Counted from the stretch's first letter, positions 47,488-57,720 are shown. The stretch: 64,000 nucleotides of DNA from Thermoanaerobaculia bacterium (GCA_963666565.1 OY762911.1:4064001-4128000); one strand, 5' to 3'. The notes: a model not told the origin generated them from the sequence alone. Program-made: numbers and translations.

Positions 47488-49256
47488 GACAGTTCGAACC
47501 CCTCATAGTCGTTGGCAGCGACGGCGTCGCACTTCTCCACGTAGGGAGGAAAACCCAGGTAGGGCATGAACACCCGCGGCTTGCCCGGTACGTTGGCGCC
47601 CAGGTACCAGGAGTTGCAGGTGGGATAGAGGGTCGCGCCGGCGACCTCGCCGACGTGGGCGACCCACTCGTTCTCGGCCTCCGGCGTCGCCTCGATCGCC
47701 GCGTGGCCGCGGTCGCGCATCCAGGCCACGCAGTCGGCAATCCAGTTCACGTGCTGCTCGATCGACGGCAGCATGTTCGAGAGCACGGACGGGCTGCCGG
47801 GGCCGGTGATCGTGAACAGGTTGGGGAATCCCGCGACGCCGAGACCGAGGTAGGCGCGGGGGCCGTCCTCCCACTTGGCGCGCAGGGTCCGTCCGCCGCG
47901 GCCGCGGATGTCGATGCGGGCGAGGGCGCCGGTCATCGCGTCGAAGCCGGTCGCGAAGACGATCGCGTCGAGTTCGTACTCGCGCCCGCCGGTGCGGAGC
48001 CCGGACGCCGTGATTCTCTCGATCGGCGCGGAGCTCACGTCGACCAGCGTCACGTTGGGGCGGTTGAAGGTCTCGAAGTAGCCGCTGTCCAGGCAGATCC
48101 GCTTGCAGCCGATCACGTTGGCCGGGCTCAGCAGGCCGGCGATTTCGGGATCGGCGACGATGCCGCGGATCTTCTCGCGCACGAAGTCGGCGGCGGCGTC
48201 GTTCGCCTCCTGGCTCATCAGCATGTCGGCGAAGGAGGCCATGAATGAGAAGCCGCCGTACTCCCAGCGCTCCTGGAAGCGCCGCCGCCGTTCGTCGGCC
48301 GGAACGTCCGCGAACTCGTCGTGCATCGGGTTCATGTCGGCGCCGAGGCCGGCCGGCATCCGGCTGTTGCGATCCCGGAAGGCGGGGTACTCGACCTTGA
48401 CCTCTGCCTCCCGCTCCCGGTCCATCGCGCCGTTGTGCGCGGGGATCGAATAGTTCGGCGTGCGCTGGAAGACGGTCAGGTGAGCCGCCTCGGCGGCGAT
48501 GACGGGAATCGCCTGGATGGCCGACGATCCGGTGCCGACGATGCCGACCCGGAGGCCGGTGAAGTCGACGCCCTCGTGCGGCCAGGCGCCGGTGTGGTAC
48601 TTCGCGCCCTCGAAGTCGTCGATGCCGGGGAACTCCGGCAGGTTGGCCGCCGACAGGCAGCCGGTGGCCATGACGACGAAGCGGGCGAAAACGGTCTCGT
48701 TCGCGGCGGCGGCGTTGCCGTTGCCGTGGCGGTCGACCGTCTCGTCGGCGGCGCCGTCGCCGTTGCCGTCGCTCGTACGGCTTCCGTCGTGGCCGAACCA
48801 CGCCGCGGCGCGGCGACCGGCACTGGCGTCGCGGCCGTTGCCGTCGCCGGCGCCGGCGAATGGACCGGCCGCGCCCGGCTCCGGCGGCGCGACCTCGACC
48901 CGCCAGCCGGAGTCCCGCTCGTCGAAGTGGGCCGAGACCACGCGACGGTTGAACTCGATGTCCCGCCGCAGGTCGAAGCGGTCCGCCACGTGGTTCGCGT
49001 AGCGCAAGATCTCGGGCTGGCCGGAGTAGCGCTCGCTCCACGACCACTCCTGCTGCAGCTCCTCGGAGAACTGGTACGAGTACTCGAGGCTCTCCACGTC
49101 GCAGCGGGCGCCCGGGTAGCGATTCCAGTACCAGGTGCCGCCCACTCCGCCGCCGGCCTCGAAGACGCGGACGGAGAGGCCCATGCCGCGCAGGCGGTGA
49201 ACCATGTAGAGGCCGGCGAAGCCGGCCCCGACCACGACCACGTCGAACTTCCGCAT
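47484..49256 (-). CDS. Baeyer-Villiger (cyclohexanone-type) monooxygenase
   Basis: GAGFAG, GGTWYWNRYPGARCD, FEGAKYHTGAWP fingerprint, GTGSSA, ATGFDA, CNSWY.GAN. Confidence 0.95.
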   Translation of the reverse strand: MRKFDVVVVGAGFAGLYMVHRLRGMGLSVRVFEAGGGVGGTWYWNRYPGARCDVESLEYSYQFSEELQQEWSWSERYSGQPEILRYANHVADRFDLRRDIEFNRRVVSAHFDERDSGWRVEVAPPEPGAAGPFAGAGDGNGRDASAGRRAAAWFGHDGSRTSDGNGDGAADETVDRHGNGNAAAANETVFARFVVMATGCLSAANLPEFPGIDDFEGAKYHTGAWPHEGVDFTGLRVGIVGTGSSAIQAIPVIAAEAAHLTVFQRTPNYSIPAHNGAMDREREAEVKVEYPAFRDRNSRMPAGLGADMNPMHDEFADVPADERRRRFQERWEYGGFSFMASFADMLMSQEANDAAADFVREKIRGIVADPEIAGLLSPANVIGCKRICLDSGYFETFNRPNVTLVDVSSAPIERITASGLRTGGREYELDAIVFATGFDAMTGALARIDIRGRGGRTLRAKWEDGPRAYLGLGVAGFPNLFTITGPGSPSVLSNMLPSIEQHVNWIADCVAWMRDRGHAAIEATPEAENEWVAHVGEVAGATLYPTCNSWYLGANVPGKPRVFMPYLGFPPYVEKCDAVAANDYEGFELS

Positions 49257-49346
49257 CGAGAGAGAATCGTATGCTACGAAGCGTGGGCGTCGCGGTCCGC
49301 GGCACCCGCGAACTGTCCGCGTGCCCGTCGCCGGGCGCACGGACCA

Positions 49347-49372
49347 CTGGGTGCGCGGGTCTTCTGACCCGC
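49347..49372 (-). repeat. REP-like hairpin copy
   Basis: CTGGGTGCGCGGGTCTTCTGACCCGC. Confidence 0.85.
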
Positions 49373-49394
49373 TGCCCGCATCCCGACCGCAGCC

Positions 49395-50573
49395 ATGCCC
49401 GCCCTCGACGGACTCCGCATCCTCGACCTGACCCGCATCCTCGCCGGGCCGACCTGCACCCAACTGCTCGGCGACCTCGGCGCGGACGTGATCAAGATCG
49501 AACGCCCCGGCCGCGGCGACGACACGCGCGGCTGGGGTCCGCCCTTCGTCAAGGACGCGAACGGCGAGGACACGAGCGAGAGCGCGTACTACCTGTGCGC
49601 GAACCGCAACAAGCGCTCGGTCGCCGTCGATCTCGCGACCGCCGAGGGCGCCGGCCTGGTGCGCCGGCTCGCCGCCCGCTCGGACGTGCTGATCGAGAAC
49701 TTCAAGGTCGGCGCGCTCGGCCGCTACGGCCTCGGCTACGACGACCTGAAGGACGAGCTGCCGGGACTCGTCTACTGCTCGATCACCGGTTTCGGCCAGA
49801 CCGGACCGAACGCGCACCGCGCCGGCTACGACCTGCTGGCGCAGGGCTACGGCGGCATCATGAGCCTGACCGGGGAGCCCGGCGGCGAGCCGATGAAAGT
49901 CGGCGTCGGCATCGCCGACATCATGTGCGGCATGTACGCGGCCACCGCGATCCTGGCCGCGCTGCGGCACCGCGACCGGACCGGCCGCGGCCAGCACATC
50001 GATGTCGCCCTGGTGGACGCCCAGATGGCCTGGCTGGTCAACGAGGGCTCGAACTACCTGACCTCCGGCGAAGTGCCGGAGCGGCGCGGCAACGAGCACC
50101 CGAACATCGTCCCCTACGGCGTCTTCGAATCCGCCGACGGCCACGTGATCGTCGCGGTCGGCAACGACGCGCAATACGAGCGCTTCTGCGACCTGCTCGG
50201 CGCGCCCGAACTGGCGGCCGACGAGCGCTACCGCACGAACGCCGGCCGGCTCGCCCACCGCGAGGAACTCGTGGCGACTCTGGCTGGCCTGCTCAGGCGG
50301 ATGCCGAGCGCCGAGATCCTCGCCGGCATGGAAGCCCGCGGCGTCCCCGGCGGCCCGATCCACGACCTCGCCGAAGCGCTGGCGTCAGATCAAGCCAAAG
50401 CCCGCGGCATGACGATCGACATGCCGCATCCGCTGGCCGGGAACGGCAACGTCCGGCTGGTGGCCAACCCGATACGGATGTCGGAGACGCCGGTGAGCTA
50501 CCGGCGGTCGCCGCCCGTGTGCGGGGCGGACACGGACGAGGTGATCGCGGAACTGCTGGGCGAAGGCGACTGA
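49395..50573 (+). CDS. CaiB/BaiF family III CoA-transferase
   Basis: LDLTRILAGP, LGDLGADVIKIE, NRNKRS, SITGFGQTGP, GYD. Confidence 0.95.
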   Translation: MPALDGLRILDLTRILAGPTCTQLLGDLGADVIKIERPGRGDDTRGWGPPFVKDANGEDTSESAYYLCANRNKRSVAVDLATAEGAGLVRRLAARSDVLIENFKVGALGRYGLGYDDLKDELPGLVYCSITGFGQTGPNAHRAGYDLLAQGYGGIMSLTGEPGGEPMKVGVGIADIMCGMYAATAILAALRHRDRTGRGQHIDVALVDAQMAWLVNEGSNYLTSGEVPERRGNEHPNIVPYGVFESADGHVIVAVGNDAQYERFCDLLGAPELAADERYRTNAGRLAHREELVATLAGLLRRMPSAEILAGMEARGVPGGPIHDLAEALASDQAKARGMTIDMPHPLAGNGNVRLVANPIRMSETPVSYRRSPPVCGADTDEVIAELLGEGD

Positions 50574-50679
50574 ACGGCGGCGTTCTCTCCCGTGATCTTT
50601 GCGGCGGAGATTGGGTGCGCCGGCCCTCTGGCCAGCATCCGGCGCAAAGCGCCGGCCTGCGGAAGCACTGGCCACGCTA

Positions 50680-52659
50680 CTAGCGGCGCAACCTCCGGAC
50701 GTTCGCCAGCTCCCGAACGAATCTTGGCTCGTCCGGCAACAGGTCAACTGCCTTCGCGTAGGCCTCTTCCACGTCCCGAAGCGGCAGCCGAAGCCAGTTG
50801 AGAGTCCGTGCCAGGTCGCGCCAGGCCCAGGCGTGGCGCGTGGAAGGCGCATCGAGCTGCAGTACCCGCTCAAGCAGGGAGCGCGCCTCTGTGAGGAACC
50901 GGCGATCCGAACTGCGACGGCCTCTTCGATGCGCGGCCTGGGCCAACCGAATCTTCGTCTGTGCGAACTCGTGCAATGCGCGCGCATCACCATCGACGGC
51001 TTCGCCGGCCCGCTCGAAGTACCGATGAGCGGCCGCCGAGTCGCCGAGACGCCGCGCCAGAATGGCGGTGTCGATCGCGTCTCGTCCGGACAGCGCCGGT
51101 ATGCGCCGCTGAAGCAGGCGCCGGGCGCGGTCAGTCTCGCCGGCGTTCGCCAACACGTCGATGAGGGCGTTCGCAACGTGCGGGACCGCCGCCGCCGATC
51201 CCTCGGTCTCGAAGGTCGCCAGGACGTCCTCCGCCCGCCCGATCTCGTCACGGGCAGCGTAGGAACGGATCATCTCCGACGCGAGCACGGCCGAACCGGG
51301 ATTCGTTTGCCACGAGGTTTCGATGCGGCGAAGCGCTTCCTCGCCCTCTCCCAAGGCCCGAAGGTGCGCGGCGTCGCGCAAGGTGGACAAAGCCACGTAC
51401 TCCGGGTGGGCCGGCAGGGTAGCCTGGAAGTAGGTCCGTTGCTCGTCGAAATCGTAGCGGGGCGGCGGCGAGCCGTTGGCCTCCATCGCACGAAACACCT
51501 TTGGCAAGCCGGTGAGCCTTCCTTCGGCCAGGCCCAACTCCTTGAGAAACTCCCCGATACGGCGGTTTCGGGCCGGCGCATGCCTCAACTGAGCGCCAGC
51601 GACGAGATGCTCAGCTTCAATCCCCGGTACAGGTCCCGGGTAGCTGATCACCTCGACACGGCCCGGATAAAGATACACCTTGACCGGCTCGGGTTGATCG
51701 ACGTCGTAACCACGGTGGTACGCCGCGTTGACTAACGTCTCCCGAAGGGCCGGCGAAGGATAGCTCACCCAGCCCCGAACCCGACTTCGGTCGCGCTGCT
51801 TCTGCAGGTGCGAAACGGACAGACTCTCCAGGTAGTTCAGGCAGTTGCGAAGCTGGTCGAGAAGTCCGCCGCGGAACACACGCTCCTCCTGCACGTCGCC
51901 CCAACTGTCCGCTGCGAACTGAACGACCTCGATCGTCGCCCCGCGGAACCACCGGGTGGGATCGGCAGCAAACAAGAGCAGGCCGGCGTTCTTCGGCACT
52001 TCGTGATCGTTGGCCTTGGCAGTGATACGCATCCGCCGGTAGATCTCCCTTTCGTTGGGCTCCCGCAGCAGACCGCTGCGAACGTCTCGCAGGAACTCGC
52101 GGACCTTGACTTCGCGAATGTCTTCGACTTCCGCGCCGCGAGCCGCGCGGTCGTCCCACGGCACCCGGTTGGTCTGCTCGATGAGCGCCCGGAGCATGTC
52201 GCCTCGCTGCTCGGCGTCCACGGTCTCGGCCCCTAGCCGAATCCAGTAGCGCCCGCGGCGACTGTCGTCCGAAGGCGCTCGATGCGGTCGCATGTCACTT
52301 GCCGGCACCCATAAGACGAGGACGAGGCGCCCCTCCACCGTCTCCGGCGACATGATGGGGCGGGTGTACGGCGGATCGAGCCGACTGCAGTTGCCACGAA
52401 TCCACTTCTGCGCGGCCTCCACACGCTCGGCCGGCAAGCCCTTCGGCGGGAGGACGGCCCGGCCGTCCTGCTCCCCGACGCCGATGACGATGTAGCCGCC
52501 GTTCAGGTTGTGGAAGTCGTTCGCAAATGCGCAGATCGTCCGCAGCACCTGCGGTCCGGTGGTCTCGGAGTGCCAGGACGCCTTGAACTCCACGCGCTCG
52601 GACTCCACGCTCCGGCAATGGAGGAGGTCGTCGACATTGATAGGGAGGATGGTGCTCAC
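50680..52659 (-). CDS. Schlafen/AlbA_2 + HATPase_c_4 (RecG-C-like) + TPR-like protein
   Basis: ESERVEFKAS, ICAFAN..GG.IVIGV, ALRETLVNA..HR.Y, RNRRI..FLKEL..AEG..TG; helical C-terminal repeats; GTG start approximate. Confidence 0.85.
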   Translation of the reverse strand: MSTILPINVDDLLHCRSVESERVEFKASWHSETTGPQVLRTICAFANDFHNLNGGYIVIGVGEQDGRAVLPPKGLPAERVEAAQKWIRGNCSRLDPPYTRPIMSPETVEGRLVLVLWVPASDMRPHRAPSDDSRRGRYWIRLGAETVDAEQRGDMLRALIEQTNRVPWDDRAARGAEVEDIREVKVREFLRDVRSGLLREPNEREIYRRMRITAKANDHEVPKNAGLLLFAADPTRWFRGATIEVVQFAADSWGDVQEERVFRGGLLDQLRNCLNYLESLSVSHLQKQRDRSRVRGWVSYPSPALRETLVNAAYHRGYDVDQPEPVKVYLYPGRVEVISYPGPVPGIEAEHLVAGAQLRHAPARNRRIGEFLKELGLAEGRLTGLPKVFRAMEANGSPPPRYDFDEQRTYFQATLPAHPEYVALSTLRDAAHLRALGEGEEALRRIETSWQTNPGSAVLASEMIRSYAARDEIGRAEDVLATFETEGSAAAVPHVANALIDVLANAGETDRARRLLQRRIPALSGRDAIDTAILARRLGDSAAAHRYFERAGEAVDGDARALHEFAQTKIRLAQAAHRRGRRSSDRRFLTEARSLLERVLQLDAPSTRHAWAWRDLARTLNWLRLPLRDVEEAYAKAVDLLPDEPRFVRELANVRRLRR

Positions 52660-52840
52660 AGTCTCGTCTCGCAGTCCAGGTCGTACCCGGTTGAGCAGCG
52701 CCACACCTCGGCGGCACTTCAGCCCACTTCGGTCGAGTCTAGCCGCGCTTCCCGGCCGCCCGACTTCGGGAGAAGGGACCGGGAAAGGTGGTACCGTGCG
52801 GCCAAGCCCATCTACTTCCTGCCACGAGAGGAACGCCCCT

Positions 52841-53836
52841 TTGACCGACACGACTGTTGGCATCAGCGGCTTCGGCGGCTACGTACCGGAGCACGTGATG
52901 ACGAACGAGGACTGGACGAAGTACGTCGACACGTCCGACGAGTGGATCGTCGAACGCACCGGCATTCACCGCCGCCGCGTCGCCGCCGAGAACGAATCCA
53001 CCGCCGACCTGGCAACGGCCGCCGCCAGATCGGCCCTCGAGAGCCGCGGTATCGGCCCGGAAGAGATCGACGAGATCATCGTCGCCACGGACACGCCGGA
53101 GGTCTACACCCCGGACACGGCCTCCTTCGTCCAGCGCAAGCTCGGCGCACGCGAAGTCCCCTCCTACGACCTTGGCGGCAGCGGCTGCGCCGGCTTCGTC
53201 CAGGCGATGGACGTCGCCCGCTCGCGGGTGCTGACCGGCACTCGCCGGGTGCTCGTCATCGGCGTCGAGCTGATCACGCGTCTGGTGAGCTGGAAGATCC
53301 GGGAGACGTGCGTGCTGTTCGGCGACGCCGCGGCCGGCGTGATCGTCGAGCGCGGACCGCAGAAGGCCGAGATCCTCGGCGCCAGGACCGGCACCGACGG
53401 CAGCCAGTGGAGCATTCTGACCCTGGAGATCGGCGGCACCCGCAAGCCGTTCAGCCTCGAGTACGCCCAGAAGGAAGAGCACCTGAAGCTGATCATGGAA
53501 GGCCGGGCGGTGTTCCGCCACGCCGTCCATCGCATGTCGGAGGTCGGCCTCGACGTGCTGGAAACGGTGGGCGCGAAGCTCGAAGACGTGGCCATGATCG
53601 TGCCCCACCAGGCGAACCTGCGCATCGTCCAGGCGGTCGCGAAGAACCTGTCCGTGCCGATGGAGAAGGTGTACACGAACCTCCAGGAGTACGGGAACAC
53701 GGGCTCGGCGTCGGTGCCCTTGGCGCTTTGGGAAGCGCACAGCAAGGGCCGCATCTCGCCGGGCGACCTGGTGCTGCTGACCTCCTTCGGTGCCGGCTTC
53801 CACTGGGGCGCGGCGCTGTTGCGGTTTACCGGCTGA
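52841..53836 (+). CDS. fabH: 3-oxoacyl-ACP synthase III
   Basis: DTSDEWIVERTGI, GCAGF, LFGDAA, PHQAN, YGNTGSAS, FGAGFHWG; TTG start. Confidence 0.93.
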   Translation: MTDTTVGISGFGGYVPEHVMTNEDWTKYVDTSDEWIVERTGIHRRRVAAENESTADLATAAARSALESRGIGPEEIDEIIVATDTPEVYTPDTASFVQRKLGAREVPSYDLGGSGCAGFVQAMDVARSRVLTGTRRVLVIGVELITRLVSWKIRETCVLFGDAAAGVIVERGPQKAEILGARTGTDGSQWSILTLEIGGTRKPFSLEYAQKEEHLKLIMEGRAVFRHAVHRMSEVGLDVLETVGAKLEDVAMIVPHQANLRIVQAVAKNLSVPMEKVYTNLQEYGNTGSASVPLALWEAHSKGRISPGDLVLLTSFGAGFHWGAALLRFTG

Positions 53837-53875
53837 CCGTCTATCCCTCGTTCACGCCGGCCGGGAGTACGCGCC

Positions 53876-54139
53876 ATGTCCGCCATGTACGACCCGCCCC
53901 ACCCCGGTGAGCTTCTCCGGGATGCGATCGAAGCCAAGGGCTGGACCGTCTCGGACGCCGCTTCCCGGCTGGGAGTGGCCCGCAACACCCTGTCGCGCGT
54001 CCTCAACGGAAGGGCGGGCATCTCGCCCCGCTTGGCGCTCGCCCTGGAGCGCCTCGGCTGGAGCGATGCCGGGCATTGGGTGCGGATGCAAGGCTCCTAC
54101 GATCTGGCGAAAGCCCGCCAAGCCGAGTCCGCAGCGTGA
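53876..54139 (+). CDS. higA: HigA/VapI-family HTH antitoxin (orphan)
   Basis: PPHPGELL, A..LGV.R.TLSRVLNG.AGISP..AL.L, W..MQ..YDL. Confidence 0.88.
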   Translation: MSAMYDPPHPGELLRDAIEAKGWTVSDAASRLGVARNTLSRVLNGRAGISPRLALALERLGWSDAGHWVRMQGSYDLAKARQAESAA

Positions 54140-54168
54140 CCGAGCACAGCCCAAGCGTCGCCGAAACC

Positions 54169-54471
54169 ATGGGCGACATCACGCCCATCGAATGGACGGA
54201 CGCCACCTGGAACCCCGGCATCTTGGTGCAACGAGCCACGGAGTCAGGTCGACCGGTGCTACTAATGTCCCGAGGTCGGGGGTTCGCCGTCCTTCAATCC
54301 CTTGCCCAGTACGAGGCAGCGCGGGCCGAACTCTCCTTCCTTCGCGCCGTGGTCAAAGGGCTGGCAAACGCCGAGGAAGGCCAGGAACTCACGCTGGCCG
54401 AAGTCAAAGCGAGATTCGGACCGAAGTCGTTACCGGCACCGCCACCTAGATCAAAACCGCCGACGCCTTAG
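54169..54471 (+). pseudogene. chimeric ORF: DUF5131 (Gp37Gp68)-like N-terminus fused to a Phd-type antitoxin body
   Basis: MGDITPIEWTDATWNP followed by SGRPVLLM.RGRG.AVL.S..YE...EL.FLRAV..GL. Confidence 0.55.
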
Positions 54472-54508
54472 CCACCTAAGGGTCGGAGTCCTCAGAGTAC
54501 CTCTCGAC

Positions 54509-55849
54509 GGCGCTTCAGGGTTGTGTGTGGGCACGGAGTGACTCGGGCGCCATGTCGAGTCCGCCGAGATTGAAGTAGATGGCGAGCCGGAAGTGCTTTC
54601 GATTTCGATAGCCATGCGCTCTTCGCTTGATCTTCTCGATCGTCGCGTTGATCCCCTCGGCGTTGGCGCTGGAGATGCCGAACACGGCGGCGTCGATGAC
54701 GGCGTCCCAGTGGTTCCTGACCGTCCTGGCCACCTTCCTGATCGGTTCCAGCCTGCTGCGAATCGCCCAGTTGTACCAGCGCGTCCAGCGTCGCTCGGCC
54801 CACCCGCGGCGCGGGTAGCCCCACGAGTCCCGCGCCATCTCCTTGATCGTCCAGGCCCGGGCCACGCGAAGGTGACTCGCGCGAAGAGCGGCGAAGCGCC
54901 GCTGCTGCGAGCGGGTCATTTCGCCCACTCCCCATCAGCCACAGGTACCGGCTCCGCTTCAGCCCCGGATCCCCTGCTTCGAGCAACGCCCGCTGCTCGG
55001 CGCGCCGAACCAGGTCCACAGCGTGGTTCAGGTGCGCGACGATGTGGAGTCGGTCATGAACGATGTCCGCGTCCGTGCACTCCTCCACGGAAGAGATGTA
55101 GGCCGGCCACATGTCCATCGCCACTTGCTCGATGCCCGCGCAGTTCGTTTCGCCCAGCTCCTCGAAGTAGCCGTCGATGGCCGACCGGCCGCGACCGTCG
55201 GTCACATGGGTCACCACGCCGCGCTCCAGATCGTTGACCACCGTCACGTACTCGTGGCGCCTCCGAAACGACGTCTCGTCCACGCCCAGCAACCGCGGCG
55301 GCGCCAGCCGGCGCCTCGCTAGGCCACGCTCCACGGCCCGACGCTGGGATCCCCGCCGTCTCATCCCAACTCAAGCCCATGCGGCGAGCCACGGCCTGAA
55401 CGCTCGCCTCCCGCAACCACTCGATGACCTCCGCCTCGAACAGCGCCGTGAACAGCGAACCCTCGTCCGCCTAGAGCACCTTCAACTGGTGAACGCCATG
55501 CTCCGCGCAGCGCACCCAAGGCACCTCGGCGTGAACCCGGGTCTGGTGCTGCATCGTGCCCAAATGACGCCAGCGGCGATGCCCGCTGTCGTAGCCCGGA
55601 CACGCCACGCCGCACTCGGGACACCGGGTCTCCCCACGATGCTCGACGTGGATCTCCACCGTCCCGCCCACCACCGGACCGCGCCGCCGCGGATGCGGCT
55701 CGTCCATCCGAAGCACCACCTCCCGCACCCGCCAAGGCGGGTTGATCCCCAACAACCTCTCGAACGTCCTGGCACTCTTCATCCCGCCAGTCTAAGGCCG
55801 ATGGGCGACCGTCCACGCCGCTCTTGCCCCCACGACATCCTGAAGACCC
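54509..55849 (-). mobile_element. degenerate ISL3-family element (transposase pseudogene 54515-55782)
   Basis: Fragments in several frames: CPECG..R.WRHL, LGVDE.S, AMDMWPAY, DRLHI, EG.N..I..IKR.A.GYRN. Imperfect IRs GGCGCTTCAGG / CCTGAAGACCC. Confidence 0.88.
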
Positions 55850-56001
55850 CCGTATCCTCCGCAGTTCCTTCACGGCGTTGGCGCGCTGAGCGGCGCTAGG
55901 AAGGCGCAGGAACTAGGCTAGACGGCGGAAGGACCGGTAGTAGAACCGCCGCAAGCAGGATCGCGGCAGCAGCCGTGCACGGAGCTGCTACAGGCAGGTG
56001 C

Positions 56002-56457
56002 CTAGGCATTCCCAAGTCTCCACCAACCTACGACCTTCGCTCCGTCTCGCGGGTCTGATTCGTCGCGGATGACGCCGCCGACGATGGCGGCGACGTGTCC
56101 GTTGTTTCGATACTGAATCCGAACAATGCAGTCACTAGGCGGACAATCGACGGACGAACACCGCCACTCAAGACCCAACTCCCCATAGAGGCAGTCCGCA
56201 AGTTCAGAGCTGTAGCCCGGCTGCTCACGGTCGAGGCTGCGTCCGTCGCAACGGTTGTAGGCGTAGTCGTGTATCTCTCGGGAGCAGATTCGTCCGTTGA
56301 GCGCTCGCTGCCAGACAGACGACTCGCGGACCAAGGGACCGGCGTTCGACTCAGTGAAGAAAACCGCCGCTGCCAGCGCGGCACAGCTCGAGGGTTCAGG
56401 GACGTCGCAGACCTTGCGGAACTCGAGATGGGCGAACTTCGTCGGCGCGGGTTTCAA
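56002..56457 (-). CDS. hypothetical protein, possible papain-like (Cys-His-Asp) fold
   Basis: TTG start overlaps the upstream stop; SCAALA...NGHVAAIVGGVIRD. Confidence 0.4.
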   Translation of the reverse strand: MKPAPTKFAHLEFRKVCDVPEPSSCAALAAAVFFTESNAGPLVRESSVWQRALNGRICSREIHDYAYNRCDGRSLDREQPGYSSELADCLYGELGLEWRCSSVDCPPSDCIVRIQYRNNGHVAAIVGGVIRDESDPRDGAKVVGWWRLGNA

Positions 56458-56654
56458 TCGTCTGCCCCTACTGTCTTCGTCTTGTCCCAATCCTTCAGAC
56501 CGTACCAGAGCAAGAGGTGAAGCGGGACCGTGAGAAGCCAGCCGATACCGAAGGTGAACAGCAGCGCGAGGACGTGCAGCGAGAAGCAGCACCAGTGAAG
56601 CGCCACCATCGAGAGGCAGCCGCAACCCGAACCCGGCTCGTTGGCGTCCGTCAT
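56454..56654 (-). CDS. small Cys/His-rich membrane protein
   Basis: 66 aa with a hydrophobic core; TAGACT-N6-ATG start. Confidence 0.45.
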   Translation of the reverse strand: MTDANEPGSGCGCLSMVALHWCCFSLHVLALLFTFGIGWLLTVPLHLLLWYGLKDWDKTKTVGADD

Positions 56655-56740
56655 GCCGGCAGTCTAGCACGGGACCTGTTTTCGTGAAGTTGACGGCGGG
56701 AGGATCTGACGTAGCTTCAACGAGTCGTTCAACTGTCACT

Positions 56741-57616
56741 CTAGACAGCACTTTGGTAGCTGGGCGGTCCGAGGCACGCGTAGAACCAGACGGCGGTGCG
56801 CCAGTCGAATGCGCTGCCGCGCGGCGGCGCGTGCCGCGACCACAGCACCCAGGCGGAGAAGACGCCGTAGAAGAGCGCCTGCACGAGTGTCGAGTGGAAG
56901 AAACTCGTCCCCTTCTCGCCTTCGAAACGCACTCCGAGCGCTTCCTCCAGCGCGGAGCGAACGGATTGAAGCGACGGCGAATCGCCTTGCCCCTCGACCC
57001 GCGCCAGACCGTCGCGGGCGTAAGACGCCAGCAACCAGGCCAGGTCCTTCGGATCGGTCAACGCCGCTTCGTGCGACAGGGCACGGGCAAGGTACTCGCC
57101 CAGGCCCGTCCCGAGGTCCCGCGCCGATGCCCGCGGCGTCTCCAGGAGCCGGTCGAACCCCGCCTCGCTGGCGGCCAGCCGGAAGGCCTCCAGCCTCACT
57201 TCGTCGCCTGCCGAGTTCCGGCCCACGAGCTCGAACTCCCGCAGGTTGGTCGCCAGGACCAGGCGATAGCGAGACCAGTAGCGGTTCACCTGCTCATGCA
57301 CTTCACTCGTACCGAGGGCCGTCTTGGCCGACTTCACCTCCACGACCCCGCGTTCAGGAACCTGCCCCTCGCGCGGCTCGCCCTTCCGAACCTGCTTCGC
57401 CGCGTAGAGCCCCATGTCGGGATGGCCCGCGCCCTGATCCGCGAGCTCGACGACGCAGAACACCTTTCGGCTGAGCGACCCGCCGATGGCGTTCAGCAGG
57501 TTGGCGAGCGGGGCATAGCTTGAGCGCTCGCCAGTTGCACCGCCGGATGCGCGAAGACGCCGCAGGTCGGTGAAGTACGCCTCGACCGCCGCAGTCAGCT
57601 TCTTGGCCGCGATCAC
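56741..57616 (-). pseudogene. N-terminal fragment of a type ISP/IIL restriction-modification enzyme
   Basis: Y..L......T.E.S.Y..L.NLL, G.PD......G.VEVK (PD-ExK), LATNLREF, F..TLVQ.L.YGVFSA; ends before the methyltransferase motifs. Confidence 0.7.
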
Positions 57617-57720
57617 GCCGCAACCCTACTCGTTGTCAGCGCAGCACTTGCACGGAACTGGCCGCGTCGGATGCGGTGCCGGCCTTCGGCCGGCGCTTGT
57701 TTCTGGCCGCCTTCGGCGGC

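Noticed and set aside
55471-55473. Recoding of the in-frame TAG in the ISL3 transposase
   Set aside because: The gene also has frameshifts elsewhere, which fits ordinary pseudogenisation.
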